A stretch of DNA of 64,000 nt from Gonapodya sp. JEL0774. Taxonomy: Eukaryota. The notes under the pieces were generated by a model. That model did no database searches. It was given only the letters and a program-made list of their open reading frames with translations, and had not been told where the DNA came from. Each line of letters opens with the position of its first letter. Position 1 is the stretch's first letter. The position numbers and the translations under genes were made by a program. The DNA is taken from positions 1 through 64,000 of the forward strand of contig JADIIX010000024.1 in NCBI GenBank assembly GCA_027604505.1. The letters run 5' to 3'. Shown here piece by piece: positions 45,334 to 59,241 of the stretch.

Positions 45334-48300
45334 CTGTGTTTTTGAAGGTACGGTTTCGCACACTCGAAACGAGATATGGTGATAGAGATATAATGAATTG
45401 TACTTTGCTTTTTTGCAGCTATTTGATGCCTTTCACACGTATAGCCACCATAATACCAGTCTAACCGCATTACCTTCCAACACCAACCCAACGCCTCCCT
45501 CTCCCGCCCTTTCCCCCTTTCCAACTCCTTTTCCTGGTCTTTTCCTCCCTTTCTCCTCCAATTTTTTTCATTCCGGGCTCTCCCAAGTCCTAACAAGATC
45601 GATCTGATTGCGAGCCTAACAGATATGGCTCCACCCTGGTTCAGCCAATCGCATACGCATTAGCTGTTAACTCCTCTACCTCCAACCACCACACAGCCCT
45701 CGCCGTTGCTGTGTGCTTTCCTCAATCCACTCCTTGTGGTTCTCACCGCTCTCCCCTACTGCTATGTCCTCTCATGTCACGTGTCGGAACCGGCCTTCCC
45801 CTCCCGCAGCTTGAATTCATGCCCTGCTCCCTACTACGGCTGTACGCTTGCCTCCATCGGACCACTTGCGCCTGCCTTGTGGCTGTGCCTCATATACTCC
45901 TCTCGCGTCTCCTCTGGCCGCTGAACTCACTTACTCTTTTTCCCATCCCTTCGAGAAACCAAAACCCATCACCGTCCTCTTCCTCCTCGAAATCCAACTC
46001 CCTCATTCTTCTTATGCCACGTTCACCCTCATGGCTCATCCTCATTCCCCTGCCCTGAAGTTCGCTCACTTCAGTCTGCCACCTGGCGATCGTGGCGCCT
46101 TGAACTCCTGCTCCCATACAACTGCCTCCCCTTCTCGAGGCTAGAACCTAGACAACGCAGAAAATCTCTAGCTCCAGAGCCATGAAGCTCTTCCCATCGA
46201 ATCGCTTTGGCCAGACGTCCTCCTTCTGCCCGCACAATTGAACCCACGGACAAACAGGTGTCATACCACTCCCAATTAGTCCATGCCATACCCCGCCGCT
46301 ATTGCTTATACCCACGCATGCTTCAAACCTCAACGCCGATCCTCACCTCACCCTCATCTCACCACCGGCACACGCTCACTGCCTCTACTCCTTCGCCGGA
46401 TTCATCCGCCCCACGTAACTCTTGACCTCTTCTCCCCTCCCTTCCCACTCCTCACACCTTCCCCAACCGCTTCTCGCCCCCCCACCCATTGTCACGGCGA
46501 CGGGAACGTGGACAGGGAGAATCCTCTGCGTACCACATGAAGGTTGAGGCTATTTCGTCTGAATTTTCTTTCCATGTGCGGTACTTCTAATATAAGTGGA
46601 AAGGGAAGGGTGTTGAGGGGTGGGCGACGTTAGGATAGGCGTGCACTCGTGAAGGTAAAGTGGGTGGGTAAATGATAAATTGCAAACTGACGCCAATTTT
46701 CCATTTCCTCTTCCGATTTGCTTAGCCGTTTCTTTCGTTCTTGTACATCGATTTGAAAAGGAAATTCCTGTATCAAGTGGCTTTCAGGAAACTCTGCACA
46801 GGCAACACGTGATTTGTAATTTGGTACGTTTACTTTACATTCTGGATTGATTTCGCTTCTGTATTGTGTGGCCATCACAATTGCGAGGAAATGCAGTGCG
46901 GGTGTGCCTTGTGTACTCATTACTGGCTCCTCGTGATCCCCCGCGCCACCCCCCCCCCCCCCCCCCTTCTTCACACCACCACCGCGCTCCGTCATATTCC
47001 CCGACGTGCTCAGTGCTGATATTTCCCGTGAATGCGCCTCCTTGAAAGTCCAGGAGGACCTCGAACTGGTCGGACTATGCTTCACTTTTTGCGCAGGAGG
47101 TGGCGAGGCAACCGTGTTCGACACCAGTGACCAGGCAGAAGCAGATGCTCAGGGAGCTGAGCAACTAGGAACAAGGGATGCACCACGAATGCAGATTTCC
47201 AAGCTGACGTTAAGGGTGCTTCTGGGGATTGGTGGGTTGAGTGCCTGCCTCGTTCAATGGCGAGGAGAGGGCTCGGAATCAGAAACTTCACCAGCGACAT
47301 GCTCGTGCAACATTCAACTCACCATCCGATGCTTCACCCTTGTCTTCCCGCCCACCCTTCCCCCTCAACCCAGGTAAACAACCTCTTTGACCAATCAGAC
47401 GCACTCTGGCAGAAGGCGGTGCTCAAGGCCAACGACGAATTGTTCCCTTTCCACAACCTATTCAGCCAAGCACTGACAATCATTCACACGGTGGAGAGCA
47501 TGGAGGCTGGGATCCCACCGGTTTTGGCACATAGGCAGTCCATGTAACAGGCAAGTGCGATTCATGGTCGCTTTCTCTCCTCAAGCGCATATCGAACCTC
47601 AGCACAGCTTTCTCTTCGTCATGCGCATTTCGTACCTTTCTCTTCATCAATAGCTCGCGTAACTTCGCTACTATTGCCCACTTTTCAACGCCCTTGTCGT
47701 TCGCTCGTCTCGAGCAGCCCACTCCGGTTTTGGACTCGGGGTCGTTGAGTTCGAATCCGTAGCCAAGGATTCCGGTGACCGGTTCGTTTCGAATATGGAA
47801 ATAATGCCCTACTCTATCTCAGTGTTTCGGAATTACACAGGGCGTATATGCCACTGGTCCCAATTTCGTGGAACTCCATCGATGAGCAGAGATCCGTTTA
47901 ACGCCGTCCCCTCCCTCGAAAACTCGGCTCCCTCATTTTAATTAGCTCCCACTTCTCGACCCGCAAAAACACTCAAAGTACATGCCAGATCCAACAGCAG
48001 TGTTATGTGGAAGCGTTGTACGTCAACAAAACGCAGCCAAAATGAAGAACGACTAGCGCAGTTTCTTGCAGGAAGCAGGAACTTCGGAGGGACTCTCGCA
48101 AGATGGAAGATGAAAGGCGTCTTAGTGCAGGTGACGGGGCCTGGTGGTCTTGATAACGCTTCGCTCACCACTAATTTAGTTAGTTCTCACTCACAACTCA
48201 GGGCGCCTTTGCAACCTATCCTACAGAGCCGACCCACTATGCTATCAAAAAACCACACCAAAGACACCGCCATTTGCACAAGCAACGCCCACAAAGTGTG

Positions 48301-49469
48301 AGGGGGTGGGGGTGGGTGGGAGGTGGGAGGGGTGGCGCGGGAGGGAAGGGGGGCAGGGGGTTGGGTGGTGGTGGTGGTGGTGGTGGTCGGGGGGTGTGGT
48401 GAGGAAGACAAACGCCCGAGTCGGCCAATGTTTTGCTTTTGCGTGCCGTAGATTGCTGATGGTTTACGTGAGGCTTGCCATCTGGATCGTCTCCCGGACG
48501 TCTGTTTTGTTTCTTCTAGGCCGATCAAACCACGGGAAGCGCCGGCATCCACCAGAGAGGGCCTTTGACATACATTAGTGTGCTGGAAGTCGGTGCGAAG
48601 GGGCGTTCAGGATGGGACTGGGAAGGATTGATTTGAGTGCACCAAAAACTTCAGGCTTAATTGATTCGCTGGAGTAAGTTCGAGTTCCTTTCTATCGCTC
48701 GTGAATGGTTTTGGCGTGTGTCACTCATTCTCTGCCCTCCTCGCACCACTCCGCCCTCGGGTCTGAGGACAAGAGAAGAGAATGGACGGTGATGGTGCCC
48801 ACTGCGCCATTCTCCAACAGCGAGGAAGAGGCGAGTCGGATGAGTAAAGTGGATCTGGAGGAAGGGACACTACAATGGCTTGGGGTTCTACCGCTCCATG
48901 CTTGCAAGAGCAATCTTGCAAAGAGGCGAGTCGGTTTCGTAAAAAGGACTCCATGCATTGCAAGACCTGGAAACCCACGATCCCTCCGCGCCATTCTCTT
49001 TGCCGTTGGAAGAGGCGAGTCAGTCTCGTAAACGGGCACTGTCACCATCCCCATCTCCGTCGGTTTTATTTGTGCAGAGTGCAGTCTCTGTTCACTCGAA
49101 CTCACATCTCTCGCAGATCCGTCCTGTCGCAACTTCCACTCTTCCGCACCCTTGAATATGTATGAATGATGAGGTGGCAAAAACTCTCGTTCTGGTGCCA
49201 TTGCCGTGCGCTTTCTGACAAGTTTGATCGCCCATAAGAAGCGACCTGACAGGCTCTGGGACACGTGAAGGAGGTGAGCCAAGCGTGACCTGATCGATCT
49301 ACGCAACACGGACACGTGAGACGGCGGCCGATGAGGGTGTGTGGGGGAGGGGTGGGATGATGGGGGCGGGCGGGTGGGAGGGTGGGAGGTGGGTTGGTGG
49401 TTGGGCGCGGAGGTGGGGAGGCGGGGTGTGGGTGGGGCCGGGGTCGGGTGGGCGGGGTGGTGGGGAGGC

Positions 49470-49479
49470 NNNNNNNNNN
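49470..49479. other. Assembly gap (10 N) flanked by low-complexity G-rich sequence
   Basis: N run; flanks ~49330-49610 are G/T-rich and non-coding in appearance. Confidence 0.95.
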
Positions 49480-50163
49480 CGCCGGGTTGGTTTGGTTGTT
49501 TGTGTTTTGTTGGGTGTTGTGGGGTGGGGGGGTGGGGTTGGGGCTTTTTTTGTGTTGGGGGGTGTGTGGGGTAGGCGGGTGTCGGTATCGGTGTCGGTGG
49601 GAGTGTTTGAGGTGTAGAGAGACCCAAAAACTCATTTAACTTACGGAGAGGCAGTTAACTTTATTTGATATGCTATTTTATTCTGCAATATATCTTTTGA
49701 ATTTTACCTTTGTACCATTCTGTCATTTGTTCGAACGAAATTCACAATCCAATTTGCAGAGATAAGTTTATTCTATTCTGCAAGGGAATGAGATAAGACG
49801 GATATTGCATTATCTTTGTAAAGAGAACTGTGTAATTCAGCATGTGCAGTTTGGGGTTGAGGAATGGGTGAGCTGGGGTGCCTTGGCGTGTGTATAATAG
49901 TAGGAACATGGGGACGTTAGGGAGAGTTGAACGGACGAAGCTCCAAGGAATACAGATAATACACTCTTTGAGATGCAAGGAATTTTAATCATGGTTTCTA
50001 CAATTCTTTTGTTCGGGTTCATCGGTGTGCGGATGTTTGGACCTGGGGAGCCATTCAGTTCCCCCGAGCGAAGCAAGGTTGGGTTAACGGAATCACAGCC
50101 GCTCAGTCGTGTGAACGAATCCATTCACTTCCAGATCATCAAGCTGTGAATTGGACCCGCAAC

Positions 50164-51852
50164 ATGACTGCGGTTTACGAGCGATTGAAAAATGTCTACC
50201 TCTCCTTCTCTCCGCCGGCACCCTCCCCTTCTGGAGACAAGTCAGACACACCTCTGCGAATGGGCATATTGGGAGCCGCCAACATCGCTCCAAACGCGCT
50301 CATATTGCCCGCAAAATCCAGCGCCACGGTAACTGTCACCTCTGTGGCTGCCCGTGACAAAACAAGGGCAGAAGCGTACGCCAAGAAACACCAGATCGGA
50401 CAGGTACTCACTTCCTACGACGAACTGGTCCGATCGGACGCTGTTGACGCCGTGTACAACCCACTACCCAATGGGTTGCACCTCAAATGGACCGTCGAGA
50501 CACTTAATGCAGGCAAACCTGTCCTGTGCGAGAAGCCGCTCACCTCCAATGCCCAACAGGCGAGGGATCTGTTCGCCGTGGCCAAAAACAAGAATCTTGT
50601 GGTGCTGGAGGCGTTTCACTACAGATTTCATCCGGCGCTTCACGAGTTTGCATACCAGCTCAAACGGGTGGTCTCACCCACCAACCCACTGGTTTTAGTC
50701 CGTGCGAACCTTGTCGCACCAGGGGCTGTCATCCCCGATTCCGACATCAGATTCAATTATTCTCTGGCGGGTGAGTCTTTTTATCTCCCCGACTCGATTT
50801 CATGCACGCAGTTCAACTCCACTTGGGTTTGTTCCGGAACTCTCAACGTCAACCCAGGCGGCTCTCTTATGGACATGGGTGTCTATCCCATATCTGCCGT
50901 CCTTTATACCATTCGGGTCGCCGGAGAAGGCGCTCGTGCGGGCTCTTCGTTCGACTTCGAAGGATGGTCTAAATCGATCGAAGTTTCCCAGGCATCCGTG
51001 CGCCCTTTTATTCCCACCGACAAGAAACTGCTCGACGCAAAAATTCACCTCGACGCGAATGGTAAAGAGGCTGTGGATGAGGCAGCCACTGCGACGTTGC
51101 TTGTCCCCGTACCAGGCTCTCCCAAGGAGACCCCTAAAATACCGTGCGAGATTGAATGTTCTTTGAGAACATACAGCGACGTCAAGGTGCCCATAATGGG
51201 ATGGAAGATACCCAAAATGAGTTTCCCCACGCTCGAAGCGACCCTGAAAGATGGTACCAAAGTTCAATTAGTCAACTTTGTCGGGCCGTGGGTGAGTTGC
51301 ACGCCGCACCCACTTCTTACCTAACGAGAATCGTTCAATAAATTAATTACCTCGCTCTACTTACTCCTGGTTAACCCCCCTCCCAGATTTACCACCACGT
51401 CACGGTAACGACACCAGACGGCGTCCAATCGACGACCAAGGCATACACACCGACCGCAAACTCGTCCACCGCATTGGGAGCCATAGCCGCTGTGGACGGA
51501 CGGTGGGATACATCGGTGGGGAAGCCTTGGTGTGCGTATCCCGCTGCCCATGTCTTTGCCGCGTTCAGGCGCTCCCTAACCCGCGGCCCAACTGATTCTG
51601 TCCCATAACGCCCTGACACGTCCCAAACTAGGGTCCACATACCGGTACATGATCGAAGCTTTTGAGTCTGGCCTGCGCGCTCACAAGCGTGGAACTCCAC
51701 CAACGCTTCTAGCTCCCCCAACTGGAACAGTGGGTGTTGAGGAACGGAAAGGGGGTTGGGCACCCGTCTGGATGGACAATCGAGAGTCGGTGGTGATAAT
51801 GGAGTGTGTGGACAAGATTTACGATAAGAATGGAATGGGAAAGCGTATTTGA
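50164..51852 (+). CDS. Gfo/Idh/MocA family NAD(P)-dependent oxidoreductase; multi-exon
   Basis: PLRMGILGAANIA, VDAVYNPLPNGLH, GKPVLCEKP, LEAFHYRFHP, DIRFNYSLA/GGSLMDMGVYP. Confidence 0.93.
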
Positions 51853-52106
51853 AGGAGTTATATAACTGAGATTGAGATTTGCATTTCAATTGTGCTCTTT
51901 TTGATTCATTAGATAGTAATTCAAATGACAGTACATGAAAGTAATTCAATTACAAAATTTGACACAAATCCTTGCAGTCAGACAACAAATCGAAATATTC
52001 GGATGACCAAAAATAACCGGGAATGTCGCGAAAAATAAGTTCTAAGTCGATCATGCTCCCAGATTAGTGAAATGCAGAAAGTAGTCCATAATATCAGAAA
52101 GGGGAT

Positions 52107-55100
52107 TTTAACCCTCAGCGTCCCCATCTGCGACCTGTGTCAATGTGAAAGTCTCCAATCCAATACCCGTGAGTACAAATTAACGAAGATCGTGTCCGTA
52201 CCTGTCCATCCTTCTTCGATGGGGGCTCCCACCAATGCCATTTGTCAGGTACCATTTGGAAGTAGCGCATCATGGCATCACGGAAGCGCCGCTTGTATTG
52301 TTTGGGGGTTACAATCGTGGGAGTCAATCCTGTCCCTCCGAGCAAGCCAGTTTCCTTGACCCAGGTCTCAAGTCTCTTGTCCCATGTGTACGTCCGAATA
52401 AAGTCTAGAGTGCGAAACAAATTCAGTACCAATCGCTGTCAGATTCCGTGGAAGATTCCAAACTCACCAACGATACCGACGACCAACTCTTTCGAGTTGT
52501 CATCGATCCCCACGAGCAGAGAATAGTCCATGACGTTGTGATTTCCCAAGAACAAACAATCATTCCAAACACCCGTCTTGAATAATCGGTAGGCGTGAGG
52601 TCGAATGTGTATCGCATTCTCCCTTGATACTTTCCAATTACTCCGATCAAGCAACGAGCGAGATTCTGAAAACCATCTACGACTCACACTCGATGAGATT
52701 CTCGTCCATCAAAACTTCGCCATCTCTACCGGTTGCATTCGTATGTCGATTGCGAGTCGATCCTTTGAGGTCAAAGAGCTGTGCGACATGACGCTTGAGA
52801 CCGTGTACCACAACAATTCTTCATACCTGACTTAGTGACTCACTTTCGAGCAATTACGATTGTAGAAAAGGTTTTCCATAACCAAAAGCTCCATCTTAAA
52901 AGTTTTACCTGTGGCGTTGTTTGTGAATCCAATTCGGTAGACGCCTTGATTGTCAATGTGAGCGGTTCGCATAAGACAACAACAGGGCATTCGTCAATGC
53001 GGAGGTCTTTCATAAAGTCCGAGAGTTTCAAATACCATAAATCTTCGCGAGGAGCGTGGGCAGGTTCTTAAATATCGCTTCTGCCATAAAGGAAAAATAC
53101 TCGGGTGCGAATTTGATGAAAGCATTTGATTCGGGTCGCGATAGCTCTTTTAAAATGAATCGATCATCTTGTGCATTGTTGGGAGGGCGGTGAGCAGAGT
53201 CCGGAAATCGAGTTGTGAAGTGAACGCCCACCTCGAGTTTTCAAGAATGCGCTTCCACTCTTTCCACCAACCGACTCCCATTTGACACAACGCGTGAGTG
53301 ACTGAATGAACTGCTCAGGTTCACATCCGCAAATGGACCTAAGAGCCTCAAACTGCTCGCCCCAAAAGGCATTACACCAAAAAGTGGCGTTCCCCTGGCT
53401 GCTTTCTGGACGCAAGGAGAGAACAGTGAGGTGAGCAACCCATCAATGATACAGAAATGGACTCCTTGTAGCTTCCGTGAACTCACGGTATCGCAAATGG
53501 TGACCTCCACTCTTTCTTCTCAAAACTTCCTCATAGTAGTAACTTCCCTCGGGGTACTCCTCCGATGGATTCGGGTGTCCATAGGTCCTCATCTCTTCTC
53601 CTGAATGCTCTGAATCGAGGTCAATATCCCTCATATCGTATCTCAGAGACTCCATTTTCTGTTGGAAGTCATAGGACCTATGTGGAGAAATGACGTTGCG
53701 AATATAACATCAAAAAAAAAACAACAATATGTACTGAGACAGGCGATACTCACGCGAGTGTTGCGGCAATAATTGAACTCGGTTCATCCTCCCGAACAAT
53801 ACTGACCGGGAAGAAGGTTTGGTCCTGAGGATCACCTGCCTCAATGACGTGATCCGTCGGTCCACTGAATGAGGCGCTCAAATGAGTTAAAGCACATAGT
53901 GCCGAATCATGGGATACTCACAAGGGGTATTCGATCGGACCCCAATTCACAGCGCTTCCACTCCAGAGTGCTTGGACGGTTTTCATGAGAGACAACTTTT
54001 CCCCTACACCTTCTACATTTGCATTCTGAGTCGTGACAACACCAGTTACGTCATTCCATTCACTGGGTTGGCCGGATTCTTCATAGCGTTCAACCCTTTC
54101 TGCCTCCGGATCTCTCGAAGAAGCATCAACTGAATCTCGGTCGCGACGGGATGGTCTTATAAGGTCATCATCATGCCAAAGAATCATGTCACCGTCAGAG
54201 CCATCCAGGCTTACTGTGTCGGTGTTTCGATCGGGAAAGATGTCCAAATCGTCAAACTGCCGGAAACCGAGCATCGCAGGAGTCATGTCATCGTCTGTCG
54301 CATCGTTAACTGGGGAACTCGGTGCAGTTTCGTAAATCTGTGGTGGTGGTTGACGGTCGATGCTTTTGCCTTTATCGATTTCCGCGCTTTTCAAATATTG
54401 ACTCTGCGCTCCGACGTAGTTTTCTTTGGCGACATCCGCCGCCTCCTCATCCAATTCAAACACAGAGGACGTAGGCGGAGCCCAGCGCGGAACTGACGTG
54501 TGCGCGTGTTGATCGGTTCCAAAACCCTTTACGAGACGCGAAGATATGGTACTGCCTGACTGTTGACTATGACGATAACGCATGACTGGTATGATCGGAC
54601 CGACAGGATCGCTCGTGGCTACGCTGCAGTCGTCATCCGTGGTTTGGATGGAAGAAGGGCGAATTCTCTGATCGAAGCTGTCGGGGGTCTCAGGTCGACT
54701 TCGTTTGCTCTCGCGAGCCATCCAGGAGCCGGGTACGCTGTGGATCCTGCTTGGCGCTCGGCTACCGGTAGTATTCGCTACGTCAGACACCGAAACTCGG
54801 TCGTACCCAACCTCGAAAGGATCCTCAAAGTTGGTGTTAGTTGTCGTATCATCTTTGTCTGTTTCGTTGGCGGATTGAGCATCTGAGTAAACAGAAACAC
54901 CATCATCGAATTCCAGGACGCTCGTAGGACTGCTGGCAAGTTTGGGAAGCAGCTTCCTGTCAATACCATGGTCCTTCACATCACGCTCGAACGACGAACC
55001 CCCATGTACGTCAACCCTGTCCGTAAACACTTTTCGCAGTCTCAAGCCGGCAACACGCCCCAGCTCTCGCGCATCAGGTTGAAAAAAGCTTCTAGCTAGT

Positions 55101-58100
55101 CGGTCGAAGTTGGTGTCCCAGAACTTGACTCTTTGGTTGAGTTTTGGTGCAATCGACCACAAGGTCGAATACTCAAAATCTCCTGTTGACTGCGATAGTT
55201 CAAGTAATTCATCCAACATGGCCTTCTTCTCGTTCGCTATCTTCCGCGAAAAATCGCTCAACTGATTTTTACACTCCAGTAACCTTGGACCAAGCCCGAC
55301 CACGAGGTCATTGATACTGCTCATCTTCACACGGTCCGCGATCGAGTCATAATACTTGATTATCATTTGCTGGAGAGTGGTCAGGTCTTGCTGTTTCTGG
55401 AGTGCCAGTTTGCGCATATTCCAGGCAGTCCGCCTCGGCGGCGGGGCTACTTCCCATAAAACGACCTCACTGTACTCAAATTTTACATTGACGTCACCCT
55501 TCGCGAAGGAAAAGGACCGATATTTCGTGGGGTCGTGGTCACAGAGCTCCAAAGAAGATCGAATACCGCGAGCGTGGAACATCAGTTCGAGAAACTTTCC
55601 AAAAGAGTACCTCGACGCTTCGTTTGACATAGGAATCTGAGCGGATTCTTTCTGACAAACTTTGCACGTGTTCCACATTAGAATTCCGTCCTTAGGACCT
55701 TGGGAATATTGTGGTCGTCTGGACATCGTAATACTAACTCTCCCATCCGCATGACTGTAGCGTCGGATGTGATCCAGATAAGGCCGACCACATCCCTTCG
55801 CTGGACATACACCCGTGGATGTCAGAACCATCGAATCAATCATACCCCCAAGGGTGATGTCTGAGGTCCGAACTTCGTTGATGGCTTCGGGGATCGGGTA
55901 CGCACCATAGTACATGATACGCTGGCAAATAGGCTCTGAAGAAGAGAAAAAGAAATGAACACACGCAATTACACGAAGAACGTGAGCCGGTTTGAAGATT
56001 CGAACCTTGGCACAAATTGTGGGTTACCGCAGATGAGAGTGAAAACAAAACAAGGATATTCTGATGCCCCAACGGATCCAGCAAGCCAGGGAAGCTGAAA
56101 TACGAGTTCAAGAGCTTCATGTTGAGCTGAACGTCCACGGTGCTAACGAATTCGTCGTCGTATTCTGTGAAGTTCACAAATGCTCACACCGTCCAATTGG
56201 GGAAAAATGCAGTTGGCAAACTCACCTTCATCCATCCTATCCAGCCTGTCCAATTCTCGTAATATCTTTCCGATGACATAAGGCGGCTCGAATCGGATGT
56301 TCGGAGTGACTGAAAACACCCTCCCCTCAAAGCGCTTCTTCGCTTCCTTCACCTTGGCGCCAATATCTTCGTAGTATGAATCTCCAAACGATTCATCGGC
56401 TCTGGACGATTCTGGATCTATAGTACTCGCACCGTCTTCGGTCTCGTGTTCTTCGGGTGAACTTGCCAAAGGTTCGACTTCTCCAAACCATGGCAGAATC
56501 AGGCTCTCATCCCGAAGCACACTGCTTTCCAGTCGAAGATTGTAGATTGCATAGAGCAGGAAGTTGGTAACATTCTTGATTCGTTTAAGCAGATCCTCGT
56601 CACCACCTCGAAAGACGATTGTGCCCTGAAGCTCCTTATTTCCACCACTAAAGACAACGTAGCTCTTACGACCCCCCTTCGTCTGCGGGTCCGGAAACAT
56701 TTTGACGTCGAACGAATCACAGGTTCCAACCACTGCACTCGAGGAAAGCTCTCCAACTGACTTGACCACTTGGGCTCTTGTTGCTCGAGCTACTTTCTGT
56801 AGAACAGACTCTTTGACATTATGGACAACAATTATGTTTTGGTCCAACAGAAACTCTAGAGCGAGCCGAGACACTCCTTTCTCCACCAACACGACATCGG
56901 GTTCAAGGTCTGCCACCCTCGCAACAAGATTCCGCAAATATTCTCGCTCTTGTGACAGTACTGGATCCAGCGAGAGAAACTTCACTTCACCATCTCTCCG
57001 AAACTCGAGTGGGAACTTTAGCAGGAGTACTCGGACTGGCGATACTTTGCGCATCATCGCCTTATGAGCTACTGATTTCGAGAAAACCACACCATTTATG
57101 TAGCTGCTCTCGCGAGGGCGCCCACCAGCAATAGTTTTGATCTTCAGGTAGTGGCGGATGTCCATTTCGTCGCCTTCCCGCACGTTGGGTCGGAGTCGAT
57201 CGCTGGCGGTCGTTACCAGATTGAGGACTATGTCCGCCCAGCCAGTTCCAGCGTCGATTCCGTCGTCTTGTAGAAGTTGGCCAAGGAGGTGGCGCTTAAG
57301 TGTAGAAGTTGAAGGCAATAATGTCAATACGTTCCTTAGGGTGTTTGTTAGAACTTGCAATTACCATGAAGCCCATGGATGCCGGTGGCCATGCTACCTC
57401 GTGAATTGATTGCATGTCCGAGTTCGACTGGCGGTAACGGTGACTTCGGGCTGAATCATGAGCCTGAAGGGCATATGCGTCAGTCACATGCGTGATTGAG
57501 GAGTAGCTATCTTCCTCCACTTATGAACACAGAATATTAGAATCCGACGTCCAAAGCATATGCTGACATTGAAGCACGTCGACTCACACGGTCCCGAATA
57601 TGAGCGAGGGATCCCTTTGCCACCGGTGCTCCCGCTCGCTCGTGCTCGCAGTCTCCGCTTTAGGCTACTTCGCGTCGTTGCGGATCTTCGCGAATCTTCG
57701 CGCGCCAAGGGTCGTGAATTCGGGGAAGTCGGGCGAGCAAGTTCGAACGTATCCTCGTCGCTCATCAGCTCTCCTGCCAATGCGCTCGTGGCGCGCATCG
57801 ACACCGGTGTTGCCCGGCCACCTCGACCACCCAGGAGCGAGTCCGTTGCCCACGCCGTGAGTGACGTCTTACTGCTGGGCCGATCACCGTCTTCGTCACC
57901 TGATGGTTCCCGGTCTCCCAACCCGTGATGCGCCGCGGCCACCAAGTCCTCTGCCAGGGTAGGTTCAATGATGCTGACATTGTCCGGTAGAGCAAGATCG
58001 GAACCGGTGTTTGGCGCGCGCTGTCGAGATCCACCCATTCCCAACATTCGATAAAGAGGACTCTCCCCCCCAGGAGCAGAGCCGTCCAAAACGTTTGTCG

Positions 58101-59087
58101 AGGGAGACCTTTTCGCAACTGGTGAAGAAACTTCGACCGGCATTCCGAAGGCAGCCGCGATTTGTTGTGTGCTGAGGGAAGGTTTGAGGGAGGACGAAGG
58201 GCCAGAGTAGTACGGGCCGTCCATGAGTGAGGACGCGGTGTCCGAGGTATCCAAGAAGCGTTTGCAGGAATCACATATTCGCATCGAGCCATTGTATCCG
58301 AAGCGTTCACCACTCATAATATTGGACGCACTGACCCAAAAAACAGGCTCAACAAACTATTTGGGAGAGCACACCGGTGAAAGGCAGTATCAGTTCGCGC
58401 TCACCAGGAGTTACAAAAAATTCGTCCGCATATTCGACAGTGGTGCTTCCTCCGTAGCAACCCAAACTCCTTGTTGCAGGTAGTGCACTCTTTCGCGGTT
58501 TCGTCTTTCATCCAGTACCGTTTCAAAGCGTCTTCACTCCCGGCTTCCTTGAAGCGCTTGAGAAGGTTAAATGTGGTGGAGCTACTTTCGGTGCTCATGG
58601 CAGAAGATGGGCGAACGTGTGGATAGTCCATAATTTGTGGTGGGGGAGGTCTGCTTGAGGAATCCACGGTGAGTTGGACATTACCAGTCGGGAGCTTTGG
58701 GGGATCCAAACGTGATGGTCGAGAGCTAGGTGTCGAATGTGACTGTTTTGAGGACGAGGGGCGTTTCGTTGCAGGTGCTGGCGAGGATTTTCGAGTGGGA
58801 ATGTTCTCGGAGAGTTGGACCTGGACAGTCTGCGCTGGTCTCGCGGGTGTGGGAGGGACAGCAGCGGAGAGAATTTGCTTCGAAGGCGCAGGTGAGGGGC
58901 CTCTCGGAGCAGCGCCATTCTGAGAAGATGCACTCGTTGGTTTCGTGTTTGCCGAAGCTGCAGTTGGTCCAGGTCGCTGGAATACTTTGAAAATAGAGCC
59001 GATGCCACCTAAACCGAGGCTTTCATCATTTGTTTCCTCGGCAGGTAAAGGCTCGAAGGACGTCAGTCCAGGGCTGCTGCCGTTCAT
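52107..59087 (-). CDS. FAB1: 1-phosphatidylinositol-3-phosphate 5-kinase Fab1/PIKfyve; multi-exon
   Basis: FYVE (YWMKDE..C..C..F...[10 protein letters not shown]), TCP-1/CCT-like domain (KIKTIAGG...[11 protein letters not shown]), Cys-rich SFGKFLEL region, PIPK domain ([52 protein letters not shown]). Confidence 0.96.
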
Positions 59088-59241
59088 CCCGGTGAAGATG
59101 TTCTGTCAGCTGACCATGAAGGACTCAACGTGCACACGTGACTAAGTATTTTGTCCACCTTATATATTGGCATTCTTTAAATATTTACAACGTATTGATT
59201 TGTCCGCAATCATAACGCGGAGCTTCATCACTAGATATTGT

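Noticed and set aside
47735..47770. GTTCGAATCC, a tRNA T-loop/B-box-like motif
   Set aside because: Flanks do not form a T-stem, and no acceptor stem or cloverleaf is visible
48826..49021. Regularly spaced direct repeats as a CRISPR array
   Set aside because: Eukaryotic context, only 12-bp cores, ~80-bp partly homologous spacers, no cas genes
49330..49610. G-rich tracts as telomeric repeats or Pro-rich ORFs
   Set aside because: No regular repeat unit; they flank an N gap and look like low-quality sequence, so ORFs through them are artefacts
50164..51852. Oxidoreductase as a recent bacterial horizontal transfer
   Set aside because: It has ordinary spliceosomal introns and host-like composition, and the family is common in fungi; nothing here supports transfer without a phylogeny
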